A DNA stretch of 64,000 bases from Iphione sp. A-MEVVRFRX5 (taxonomy: Eukaryota). The stretch lies in NCBI GenBank assembly GCA_976226885.1, contig OZ320313.1, forward strand, positions 159,836,001 through 159,900,000, written 5' to 3'. Of the stretch, positions 1 through 12,810 are shown piece after piece. The position numbers and the translations under genes were made by a program. The notes under the pieces are model-generated. The model was given only the letters and a program-made list of their open reading frames with translations, had not been told where the DNA came from and did not search any database. Position 1 is the first letter of the stretch. Each line of letters begins with the position of its first letter.

Positions 1-3000
1 CGTGATGACATGGTCTGGTAACGCAAGCCTTCCCATGGCTTGCAACCACTTCCCTCTCCAGTGCCGTCATAATACGAGCGCAGCAGGCAAAGGGGATCCA
101 TACGCACGCCATGGCGAAATCAGGATCAGTCGCAGGCTAGCATAGATTAATCCTCCTGCACCATTAAAAGAGAGCCGTGCAAAATCATGCCGGCTGAAGT
201 GAATCGGGACTGCGTAAAACGGTAAACTATGACCGGCTTTAACAACTCCTGGATGACTACTCCCACCCGTCCTTGGAGCCTGAAATCAACCCCTTTGAGT
301 ACTTTCACGTCATTGCGACATCTCTGGCAAGTAACTGAATGGGGAGGGGGGGGGGTGGGGGCAGACCTGCTTAGCAACAGACACGTTCGGTTTCTTTTTC
401 ATGTTTTGGCAAGTCTCATCCCATGTTTCAAAACGTTGCAGTGTTATCCAAAGGGAAGTAAATGTGCCCTCCAGGCTCTCCGTGCTCAGCGGCATGCTTT
501 AACCCTATTACTAAATCATATATATATATATATATGCAGAGCAGCACAACCATCAAGAGAGCCCTGCAAAAGCGAAGATGTATGGCTCTGTCATTTCCTA
601 ACAGTACTGTTATAAAGTGCATCTCTACATTTGAGATCTATTCAAGACTAGGATCTTTTCAAGTTTTAGATCATCTCTGAGCGTATATATGTATGTGTGG
701 CTGTGTACATGACACGTTGGGAAACAGCTACGCCGATCTAAGACTAGTTACAACGTTGGTTATGGTAGTGGTCCTGCCAGGGCTTCTATTGAGCAGGGGC
801 GAGTTGCAGCGAATCCATCCCAGCCTGGCCAGAGGTGTGTTTACATAACGAAAGAGACGCCCAGTTCTGTAGGCGCATGACATCTGCGCGGTGCAGATAA
901 TAAGAAACACACACATTCACACACCAGCGAACACGCTCAGCCTCACACGTAAAGAGCAGCGGCCAACGCCACATTGCTTAACTTATCTGTGTCACGTCAA
1001 CCTGTGACGCTTCGCTAAGCGTTTATGAAAAACAATACTAAATTGATACCATATTTTCACATCCCAAATCAATAATGATTAGTCGTCAGTTCACATGCAC
1101 TCAAACCATTCAGTCACGCTCAGGGAGGTCAGGGTCAGATTTGATTGATTTGAGCGCCAGAAGATTCCTCAAAGTCTGATGGACAGCTGTAAATAGGGTC
1201 AGCATAACAGCAGTGGTGGTCCGTTCTCATAGGGTTCTACCTTAAAATGCCTTGGGGGATGGAAGAGAAAATGGATAACTACATGAGAATTACGTGAGTA
1301 CATGCATGGTAAAACTGAGAGATAGCAGACGTGTAAGTAGATATCCTCGAAAATAAACAATGTGGCAGACATGCAGAAGAAAAACAGACAGCGGAACCAT
1401 AAAAAAAAAGGAAAAGCATAACAGCGGAAATGCAGCAGGGAAGTAACAGTGTAGTGCGATAAGAAAAGCTTATGTATGTTGTTACAATATTATTATTCTT
1501 TTGCACTGATTAAAAACCCACCTACTAGTATCACATTCCCTGTGGCAACCGCCATGCGAGTAATATACCGAATGAAGCCTACGTTTTGGCAGGCAACCAT
1601 GTCATCACAGACGTTTTTGAGTTTTCAGGAAGGAAGTCATAACGATATTGATTCCGAAACCCTTTTAACGAATTACCTCACATTATATGTGCATACGGGA
1701 TCCCTCGTTGCACAGAATTCTCACTTTAAAAAAAGGACCTGCATGCCTGCCTAGATCCGTAAAAGCTTCCGTACAGACGAATCGTTGAGCACTAACATAG
1801 CGTTTACTTCAATTTTAACGTCTGATATGCTCAACATCTAATTTTGCCTCAGCAGGCAATAAATACCTTTGCTGAGGAGAGAGATGCGTGACGGTTAACG
1901 GCCCTGTTATCTTCATCTAAGATTGATGGCTCCCTGTCAAACGACTGAAAATGGGGTCGTCTGGAACACTGAAGCAATAGCTGACGTAAAACAGACGACC
2001 ATTCATCACTGAGAGTGGATTGGCCCGACCACAGCAATGATATCTGCAGTCCGGAAAAGACAAATGCACCGTCTATGCATTGACGTAAATATAAATATTA
2101 TATGCATATATATACTCGTAGTTCGTAGTTCGGGGTTGTAAATGCCCTAAAATAGCGGGCTGTCGTCCGGCGCTCCTCCACTGGATGTCTACTACGTCTA
2201 GCCAGACCCACATAAATATCCGCAGCCTTTGCATGTCAAGTAAGCATATACAGGGCCTTGTTGAGGTGCACCCTGACCGGCTCCATTTAGGCGAGAACCT
2301 TTATGGGTGTAACATAGCCCAAGGAGGCCGCCACCGTTGACGCTTGCTTCCTGCACACCATGCCGTATATAACCCTCACGTGGCGCGGTGATAGGTCATT
2401 TTTAGTTAGCGTGTTATATCCAATGGTAGAGACGACATTACAGCATATGTAGCTAGGTTTCGGCCATAAGAAAAAGAAAACATTGGTCTCGTAGCCAGGC
2501 ATCATCATACGTGGAGGTTGAGCTTCTTCATTTCGCTGACGTGTGTCTATTATTCCATTTTGCGTTACCGAAGTAATGAGTCTACATATTCTCATAACCG
2601 TCTAGGGACCACGTCTCCTCACATTGATTTCTCATTAAACCTTATCAGAGATGTTATGTCAGAGCGTCAATATTGTGAAGACAAGTAAGATGCAACAAGT
2701 CAGGATACAGCAACGCTTCTCTATATTCTAGGGGAAAGATTTATTCTTTACAAAATACACAGGTTTCTGTCGACGGACAGTAGTCGGTTGCGCAACGCCA
2801 AGAGGAAAGAATACAATTCCACCCCCCCCCCTTTTTCGCTTTGCCATGTTGTTCACGGCACGTATGCTGTGGGCACTGTCGGCGCTGGCTCCATTGTCGA
2901 GTCACTACGAGACCTGCGGCCCGGAATAGTCGGTCAATACACCTACATAAGGATCGATATCCTCGCACTCCGGGATGTACGCAATCTGTCTGACGATCAT

Positions 3001-4119
3001 AATCTCGCCCGAATAGTAAACACGGCCACCCAGTTGTGATGGCGGTGTTGTGTAATTCACAATTGGCACCTAGTTGAGGCTATCATCAAACCATCACGAA
3101 CGAAAACGCCCCCCGACTAGCGTACTGCTGATATTGGATACTCCAAAATGTTAACGGTGTTTTTGCACGTACATTCGGCTTAGGCTTTGCGGTTGCGTCA
3201 GTCCCTGCCCTGTGGCATCCATCTAGTCTACCTGATCTACCTTTCCGTGCGTGGCCTCCCTGCCACCTGCCAAAGGAGCCGGGATCGAATCGACATATAG
3301 ACAAATCATGCATAGCAATGGACTAGACGAGAGGCAGCGAGTTACAGCAGGTCTGAGTGGGACGTGGAGGAGGCCATATAGGCAGTAAGGGTGCATTCTT
3401 CCAGCATCTCTAAGAAGTCATGTTCGGCATCCCCACACGGTACCCCTGTCAATATAGATTGACATCAAGTCTGGCAAACACTAGATCGCATTGCTCGAAA
3501 GGCGCCCAAATCCTCACGGTCCTTGCTTCCAACTCTAACACAATCATTGACCTTTCATTGCCGCAGGCTAAACCTGCCTCGTCCACTTTCCCCGTCCACT
3601 CTCTGTTTGCTCGCCACACTTTACCACCCCCGTCTCTTCTCGTCCCCGTGCGGGCCCATTCGAATTATACTCCCCATCATCCAATTTCAAAGCCTCCACT
3701 AAGGGATATCAAGAAAATAGAACCATGGCTTTGTGCACCTCAATGGGATATTTTCAGGTCAGTTAAAGGCTGGCAAGCTCTCCTTGTGATGGTCAATGCC
3801 TAGCAGTCCATACTCTGTAGGTCATTGCTGTTAGCGGCTGTCAAAGGAGCCGCAGCCTCACACTGAGCTATACTCTAGCCCAGAGACCTGTCGAATAATC
3901 GTATATGCATAGACCGCGGTAGAGTCATCACGAAATACCTACCTGCCGCGGAGAAATATTTATAGGCAGTTACACGGCATGTTGAATGGCGAATTGAGGC
4001 ACAGTCGCCAGCACGCCCCTCTCATACCTTTAGAGAGGGGACACGCAATGTCAGGACCGGAGTTGGTCACAAAGGCATCTAGCTTTCCACAGTCCAGAGA
4101 AGCAGGTGTTTCCTAGACT

Positions 4120-4150
4120 CAGTAGCATTCCTATACCCAGTAGCATTCCT
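4120..4150. repeat. Short direct duplication CAGTAGCATTCCT with 18-bp period
   Basis: Copies at 4120-4132 and 4138-4150. Confidence 0.85.
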
Positions 4151-6586
4151 CTCACACCTGCATTAATAAGTGATGCAAACAAACATCGAACCCTGACAGA
4201 CAAGCTGTATTGAACCATGTTCTGTAATTAGTCCGTGGTCAGTAACAATGAATGTTTAATGCCGTATGGTCCGGGACTGTTTGACAATTACCTAACAGAT
4301 TCCACAGAGTGAGCAATTCATGGGTATGATCCATTCGACATTTTACAACAGTATAATCTGAGGATATTGTTCAGGTTTCCAGAATTGATCATCTTGTATC
4401 TATTAACATTCATGATGAATTGGAATCTGAACCAATTACTCTCAAAGATAAATTATTCTCTGTCGATGAGCTATTTGCTGGCAAAAGCAAACACACTTGT
4501 TCTGCAATTAACTCTTGGTGGTCTGTTTCGCGGCAAGCTTTCCCAGTAAATTACACTTTTACGGCCTTGGTATTTTGGGACTGATACTACTGTTGGCCCT
4601 TGAACCCCATTTCATCAACACGATCCGTCATCATTCCCCCAAAAGACCTTAGCATTCCAGACATGCTTCGGCCATTCGCTTAATTTATGATTTTCCTTTA
4701 TGTGGGGCTTCAGGGGAGACCGATTGGATTCATTGTTCTTTTTCTCATAAGCACAGCACGGTATGATTGATGTTGTGTCAGGTCGGGTCCCTAGCTGTAG
4801 TGCACTCTCTCTCTATGTTCCCGCGAACAGCACCGTCGGAGGCATACTTAACAGCACTCCTCAGCCTGTACCAAATGACTACTCCTTCCAGGCCTTTTGG
4901 CACCCCCAGCGGATCCTCTGCGTCGCCGGAGGTCACGTTTAAGACAACGCAGCCGCCATAGGGCCCTTGACAGGTGGGTACTGGGCCAGGCGTAGGGGGG
5001 TCATTTAAACAATCAGCTTGCTTTCCTCGACTGACAAGGCTTCGTGTTTGTTTCCTCCTACGCCGAATAGTGCGATTTAAGCTTTAAAATCATCTTTCAG
5101 GATCACACTGTCTATATGTGTCCTTCCAATGTAGAGAGATCGAGTGATCTTGTATAAATAATACACATTTAGTGGCTTATATCGTTGGCAAGGCAATAGC
5201 AAAAACACCAAAGAAAACAAACCTCATTCTAAATAATACACACCGTTGACAAATAACGCAAAGGAAATAGGCATGAGTTGTCAATTGTTTCAAGGAGGAC
5301 ACTCTTGTTGAATGTGAAATAATAATCTGATGTATTTATTATGTAGTATTATGCTAATAGCGGTATATTGTTAGTAGCGAGTGTTAATGACAGAATTCCT
5401 GAAGCTCTCTGGCGATTACAGTAATTGTAATTGGATGAAAGCGTTGAGATATAGAAAAACACTTACTTGAATCAATTGGAGTATGTGTTCAAGCATATAT
5501 GGCAACAAAAACGTGATTTGGTATATTCTTATGAAAAATATGTAATTTCTGTTTTTGTCAATATTGCTTCAACACTGAGGCCAATCTGATGCGAATAAAA
5601 CTTAACTACGAAAAAAAAACAGTATACAGTATTTTCTTCCTGTTTTCGTAAATATTTGCCGCTCATCCAATTGATGAATGATCGCTGCATTTCAAACCGT
5701 CAGTGGATATTCCCGCAGGTGTTACTCAGCCAAGTTTTAGGGCCTTTTCCATTCTATTTAACCTTATCAGGCACTCACAGCTATGTGTTCAAAGTGCCTC
5801 CGGAAGGCGTTCATTTGCAAAGTACATGGCTAAAATCCTGGTTGGGGCCTGATGTTAGTGATAAAAGTGGTAACCTAGATACAAAGACCGTAGCCAGCAG
5901 GCACGATTTGTGAGCTGGGCGAACTCTAATTCTAACCCCTTCTTTGTCCTTCCGATGGTGACTGTCTTCCTATGCCTTTGATTTCATGTTTTCTCACTCA
6001 TATAAAACATTGAAGAAGCTTCCTATGGATCAGCGTGTCCTCTGCCGATTTGCATCGATACGGGTTAGGAAGTAGACAGTGATAACACGATAGAGTGGAT
6101 GTTGTTTTGGTTAGCAAAGTAAACAAAACAAAATAAAAAGATTTCAACGCTCTCAATACCGTTACACTGCTACGTTTGCCCACTGCGCTGTCGAGAGGGC
6201 GGTATGGATATCCAAATGGGATTATTGTTTCATGGGGGTTGAATACGAGGTAGATCATTGAAAATTAGAATATGTTGGGTCTTTATTATCCTTGAGTTCA
6301 CCCACTGTCACTTTGATTTTCGTTGCATTCCCTGGCGGTGTCTAGACGAAAGCAACCCCGTCTCAGCCGCAACGCTCTTCGACATTAACATAATTCCAAA
6401 CAAGGGGAATCAAAACAATGGTTTTTCTTTTTAAAATGCAAGAGGTGTTATGTTGCAAATTCGAAAAATTGATTTCATTACATTGTCCGTTTTAAGAATA
6501 TGTAAAGTTTCATTATTCTTCCACGACAAAAAGAATCCACTCTTATAGATATTTAACCTAAATAAAACAGATAGATAAAATCCTTT

Positions 6587-8121
6587 TTAGCAAGAAGAGT
6601 TTAACCGTAGGCATAGAATGCCCCATATGTAATTACTACTGTAAGTAGTATATAGCAAAAGGGATACTGACCATGGCAGTACTGGGCGAGCGCTGCCGCT
6701 ACCAGTACGATGACCAGTGGCTGGACAAGGTGGTAGGTACTCTCCACACCCATAGCAGCCGCCTGGTGCCAATCGGCGAGCGGCCCTGGAGTTTTCCCAC
6801 ACCTGGAGCAGCGCCCCTACCGCCTCCTGCCCGCCAGGATGATCTCCCGCCTCCCCCGTACTATCCAGTGGGCAGGTGTGAATTCGGCCGAGGGTCCTTG
6901 CCCGATGAGAAAGCCCTCTCGGACTCCACCCACCAACTGGGCTACCTCTTCCCTTATACTCCGATAGCGCAGCAGCAGTTGTTGCCCTATACGGCAATTT
7001 TGTGGCGAGCTGCTCCTGCACAAGTTCCTAATATCAACCACCTACACCTTTCTGTTTACAAGAACACGTAGCTATAAATCCAAGGCGATCAATATGGTGT
7101 TTTGCGTCAAGGTGGGGAATAAATGAGCGGTGGGAAGAACGTTGGTTCCGCCCAGAATAGTACGCCTAATCTATGTGACACGCTACAGCGAATGTGTTGT
7201 ATCCGTGGCCGATCTTAAACCAGGCAGGTTTGTCTCTAACTAAGGAGTACATCCACACAATGGTCTCCATCGGCCCCAGTCAGAGCTGGTCGGCAGTGGG
7301 CTCCTCCTGTTCCCTTCTGGTCGCATTTGGGCGGCGCCGGCCAGTCACTCTGGGATTATACGTACGCCGGGCGTTTTCTCTCTCTGTCATCGTGCATGGT
7401 CAACTCGCTCGAACAAGACGACGACGGGGCAAGGGACGGTGGGGTGGTCGGTGGGCGAGAAGGTGCCTACTCCTATGGCTGCTGGCCCATATTGGTCCCA
7501 TTGACGTGCCACTGCTTGCCGCCGCGATGTGCGCCGTGTGTGCCTTGTACGCCCAGTGTTTCACCAGCTAGCCGGGTGGGGGCGTTTCCGTGCCCGTCTG
7601 TAGAGACGCTGCTGCCGCCGCCGCCGCCACCACCACCGTTGCTGCCTCCGCCTCTACCGCCTAGGTTCACCAGCAGCGCCCATCACTTCCATCGTGGTCA
7701 TGCCGCCGTTCTGGCTGCTCCTTCTACGTTGCGACGTGATGGCATGGATGGCCTGCGGCGCTGACCTGCTCTTCTCCGCCCTCCCCTTTTTCCTTCGGGG
7801 ACCCTCACGCTGTATACTGCCTGGGTGACGGTAACTACCCCAGGGGTCAGCCACAGCATTAGTCCTCAAAGCGTGCGCCTCAAGACCAGCTGCTGCTGGC
7901 GGCCGGGAGAGCTGGCTGTGGGTGATGGAATTCCTGCACTGTGCGCTCTGCACACAGGGCGCCGAGGTGTAGATTGCAGGCTTGTTCCTCGGGAGGATGA
8001 TCGGCGTGCAGTGTTGCCTGTCATTAGAAGCTAGGGTGTGGTGACCGCTTCTGCTTTGATAGAACAACTTGTCAGCCATTAATCTAAATGAATTAAATAT
8101 TTTCGGATCCAGTGTACGCAA
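6587..8121 (-). pseudogene. Low-complexity gag/ORF1-like remnant of a retroelement (tentative)
   Basis: Overlapping minus-strand ORFs of 155, 65 and 144 aa, rich in Pro/Gly/Arg. The CYGCGE...TGHR motif at 6757-6740 resembles an interrupted CCHC knuckle. Confidence 0.3.
7608..7662. repeat. (CCG/CCA/GCT)n trinucleotide tract (poly-Pro on +, poly-Gly on -)
   Basis: gctgctgccgccgccgccgccaccaccaccgttgctgcctccgcctctaccgcct. Confidence 0.9.
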
Positions 8122-8412
8122 TTGGCTTTAATGGTTTCGAGTCAATAGCAAAAGAAAAGCACATCGTAATACAGGTAGGAAACGACTGTGATGCCTAGAC
8201 GTACGCAGTGCGTACCACTATTGACGTTGTCTGAGCAGTTCAGTGCTTCTGGGGTAGTTCGAGGGAGCAAGACCGCGCGTCGGCATTGTCCTGTCCATCA
8301 CCCTATTTATTTCTAAGTATCTTTCGCCCATAGGCTCTAAATAAGGTACACTTTAGCCTCTTTGGTAGGGTTAAGGTGTCAGGAGAGGTATGTGAGGGAA
8401 TAGGCTCCAGCA

Positions 8413-8530
8413 GGGGCGAGGGGAATGAAGGGGAATAGGGCGGGGAAAGGGGAGGGGCTTTGTGACTGTGCGGCCTGCCCAATCAGTGACCCTTATTTAA
8501 GAGGGCTGGGATTGCATCTAGAGCAGTTTG
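8413..8530 (+). promoter_or_regulatory. Pol II core-promoter-like module: G-rich tract with GC box, CCAAT, TATTTAA, Inr-like CAGTT; possibly LTR-derived
   Basis: GGGCGGGG at ~8438, CCAATCA at ~8479, TATTTAA at ~8494 and CAGTT about 31 nt further, in canonical order and spacing. Confidence 0.5.
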
Positions 8531-11500
8531 TGTAGGCCAGAGCGGGACATTCATGATCGAAGGGTGTTAAGTGGGATTATCCCCAGTGATTAACCGATGA
8601 GAAACGAGACAACTGGCAGTGATCTGTGACTGCCTCGTTGTATTGCCTGCTCCCGACCTCCTCTCTCTAGGCTTTAAAACCGCGCCTCTGTGGAGCTTCT
8701 CTGCACTGAACTGCTATTGTTCTGGTCACACTTCATCCGCCTAACACGTGCAGCTTCGATCAATTGTCAGTACCTTTTATAATTCGGGCCCCTTATGCGC
8801 CTGTAAATTGCGATTCATCATAGTGTGCATACATAGAGCAAGAGGGGTTATACGTCTTGAGTGTCAACCCCAGCCTTGTTGGCAGCCAAGGGGTGTGAGA
8901 GGGATGGACGTTACGTCATCTACGCTTGTATACGTCTATTTACGTTGCAGTCCATGCGCTCGGTCACAATGGCACAATATTCAAATGGCGATCGACGGCA
9001 AGGGCAAATATATTAAAAGATGCATGGATACGTAACAGAAGGCAGCAAACAGAGGTTTTCATGATCACCTGTACGGAAGCCTGACGATTCTCATACCTTA
9101 AACGACCATTGGTTGAAGAAATTATGTTAACTGGCTAAATATTACGAGAGTTGAATAACACTAAAATTTTACCGTATTTTTTTTTACTTCCGAAGCAGAC
9201 TACTATGGCCCCATGGCCCTTTGGCTGCGACATGACTTTGCCGGCGTAGAAAAAACGGCGGCGATTGTAGTCGGGGGTTGGTGGCGGGGGGGGGGAGAGA
9301 ACTCGAGGGAGGGTGATTGGTGGTTGGCCGGGAGGTGTGGATGGGCACTCCTCTGCTGGGATTAGATTGAGACGGAGAAGGCGCGCGCAAAATGAGCCGC
9401 CGTGAGGCGGACTTACTTGACCCGCGTGCGCACGTCCATGGACAGTAGGCAGCTTTCGAGCTGCTCACTTATACGGCAGGCGCCCTTACTGAGCTCGGGG
9501 TCAAGTCGACACATCCTAGATCCTTCAACACATCCACTGGTTAAGAGCCCCCGTCAATTGCTGAGCGTCAGATTTAAACCGCCCATAAAAGTCATGGTGA
9601 CTACGCACAGGTACTGGTAACCAAAGAATCAAACTAATGAATTATTAGAAGGGAACATCCACCACGTATTACTCATAGGGAGTCTAAATATGTCACTGGT
9701 ATCCGTGTATCATTCACATGTTCCATTGGCAATATTCTCTTGTAAGGCTCTCTCATATATTACAGGTCCATTGAAACTCCAAAAGTGAAGCCTATTGCAT
9801 TTCTTATTGACGGTTTTGCTGATGGTGTAAAAATGATTTTTGATTTCGCCTTTTTTGCACGCACCATTGGGCTTGTCTCATCTGCATTTTAATGGTTGAT
9901 TGGCATCGGTATCCTTGTTATTCATGCGATAGATGTTCAGGAAATAATCAGTAGCTAAAAGCATTATTCCAGCTAGAATGTGTACACTATCCATGCTGTA
10001 TACATTCCTTCTTCATTTAAAGTATTCAAAAAGAACAGACGCGGTAACATATTAGAACCCACGCCAGGTGATGATGAAGTAATAAGTGTACTTTCTTCGT
10101 AGTTCCTAACCGCAAGCAAAGTTCAACAAACCTATCTACGGTGGACATAGTAACGGCTGGTCATCTGAAGTTGGCATCGCCGTATTTGAACGAGGCCTGA
10201 GAGAGGTAAGATTGGCTACTGAGCGGACTCGTGGGGTGCATTAGTCGTTTTCTTCCAGTCAGAGAAATGACATTAGCAATAAATCTGTCGGAATTAGCGT
10301 CCGCCGAAAGTGGCTTCGATGGCCGGGATCCACTTAGATGCTGACGAGAGACCGATGGGCGAGACCGCTTTAAATGTGTTACTTGTGTAGGTTTTCTTTA
10401 ACAGCTTTTCTTGAGACGTAAGGTAAGCGCAGACAGCTATCTCTCTTTCTATCTGTTCTCTGTACAGACCCCTACCCTCCTCCCCCCACTCTCAATCTAT
10501 ATACCCCGCATACGGTTCACACGTCCATTCCCTTCCCCACCCCCCAAAAGGCTTTTCCTTCCACTACACGCCTCTAGAAAGGCACATCTCAATTCAGATG
10601 CTCTTAGGCACTCAGGACCTTGATGTAATATAAGGGGGAAACCTATAATGGTGGAAAGAGACTATAGCCTTTACACAATGCATCCTAACTCATAATTTGC
10701 AAAAGAAGAGAAGTGAGATCCAGGTCATCCGCACAAAATAGACAAATTGTCTATTATCCTTTTCGAAAGTCCTGTAGACTCTTTGATTCTAAGATAATGT
10801 TAGACCTAACCAACTTATGCTTCCAGAATAGATTCTGATGTCCATTCTTACGTCATCTGGATTGCTTGGACTACTTAAAACCCATGTAGATTGACCCGAG
10901 CAATCGGTCCATTGTAGATACTTGACAGAGCACACCAAGTATGATGCACAAACTATGCACATTCGAACGTTCTGTACACAGCGCTCTTACACAGAAACGC
11001 ACCAGACACATTTGCTGCGAGTTGGATATAGGACGAACCTGTGTTGCATAGTCTTATACAGCATGTAAAATGTACTGGGGGGGTGGTATGTACGTCATGA
11101 ACCGCTTTGCCAAACAAATGTGCACCGAGGTAATCCGCTAGTCTGAATCGGATTGGGACCGCATCCGATTCGCCTCCAATTATTCGTCGTCGACAACAGC
11201 TACGGATCAGTCATTAGGCTCATAGGAAAATACTTATTTCGTGACTACAAAACTCATTGCCGCCTATAGCTGGACGCTCCCTGTCTCTGAATAGCAATGA
11301 AGCTACGTGGTTTTTTTTTAATGATTGAAGCCTTGCCGCGCAATTCAGCCTTTGATGAGCTTATTTTCTGTGTACATGTATATCTATGTCTAATTGGAAT
11401 GATTGTTGAATTATTGTTATTATTCGATATATTTGTGATACTTAGCATCATTGTTGTGATGGGGATAGTTTCCACCTACCAACGCACGATTAACGTAAGC

Positions 11501-11880
11501 CAAAGGAGGCTACAACTAGGTCAAGCCTGTATGCAACCATGAGAGGCCTGTGACGATAACAAAACTGATGTTCTCTTAATTTGCAAATGTTCATATTACT
11601 AGAGAGCGGCGAATGAAGTGATAATATACTGCAGGAAGGTGATAATCTGCGCCGTCAGTGCACCTATAGCGTCCAATGGCACCTCCTAATCACACAGGGA
11701 AGTACTTCTCCCTCGAAAACTGAGAAATCCTGCACTACACCTTGTAGCATCTTTACACTGTAGCATATAGAGGCTTTAACAAAAATCAAAATCTATCATG
11801 GTTCATACCGCAGTAGCTCTCTCTTTTTCATGAGGGCAAAGGAAATACTGATGATCTGAGTACTATGTGTACCTCTTCTA

Positions 11881-12810
11881 GTAAACAGCTCCCAGAGTAA
11901 CAAGAATGGGATGAAACTGAACTCTTCCAAATCTAAGTATATGTGTTTCGGAAAAGCCTGCCAGTTTGACCTTGATCTGTCAATCGAGGGCTCATCGCTA
12001 CAAAGAGTAAGGAGATTCAACTATTTGGGCTATTGGCTAGATGAAAATCTGACTTTCTGTGGGTTAGTTGAAGATAAGGTAAAGAAAATTAGAACCAAGA
12101 GCTACTTACTATCAAGGGCAAAGAAGTACTTAGACCAAAGATCGATGATCCTGGCTTATAATGCATTCGTATTACCTATGGTAAACCACGGTTTAGAATT
12201 GTTGGGTACAGTTAATGTGAGTTTGTGGCAGAAGCTTGTTAATGCCTTGTTAGACTCAGTTGGTCAGTGCCTTATGAAAGGCCATAACTCAAGACGGCTT
12301 GTTCAGGTGTGGATGGCCACAGAGAGAATGCCAGGAATGGATGCGAGAATGAAATATTTTCAATCATTGTTGGTCTTTGACATGTGTAACTTGAATTTTT
12401 TCAGGTATATACACAGGCGAAATACCCGAGCGAGGGGTAACGAGGAGTTGTCTTCAGATAAACCAGTACTTGAGAGCTACAAAAAGAGTTACCTTTATCA
12501 AGGGATTCAGTTGTGGAATAGCCTACCCCTGGCCCAGAGAAAGTTGAATAAAGGGCAGTTTAAGGGGTCTATGAGAAGGAGGTTTTTGGAATGATGTTAT
12601 ACAGTTGTACATATGTTAACATCCATAGCCACTAGTTATCATATGTAGAAGATAACGTTTCCGGATGAGAGATGCTGATGATGGCTGGGATGCTTTTTTC
12701 ATTGTTTTCTGATTTGCGTTGTCAATATTTCGACTGAGCACATGTTGGGAACCACTTAGGTTAAGTGATAATGATGCTCAATAAAAACTATTGAATTGAA
12801 TTGAATTGAA
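11881..12810 (+). mobile_element. 3' fragment of a second CR1/L2-group LINE: RT C-terminus, 3' UTR and tandem-repeat tail
   Basis: ORF 11911-12594 has NGMKLNSSKSKYM, FNYLGYWLDENLTF, YNAFVLP...G..L.G and SYLYQGIQLWNSLP, typical of the region after YADD. AATAAA at ~12780 is followed by (TTGAA)4 at 12791-12810. Confidence 0.9.

Noticed and set aside
1126-1137. DR0 AGGTCA-GGGTCA nuclear-receptor site
   Set aside because: Isolated, with no supporting context; compatible with chance.
11145-11171. 9-bp hairpin GAATCGGAT/ATCCGATTC as a Helitron 3' end
   Set aside because: The CTAG is only 3 nt from the stem and is not followed by T; no 5' TC end was identified.
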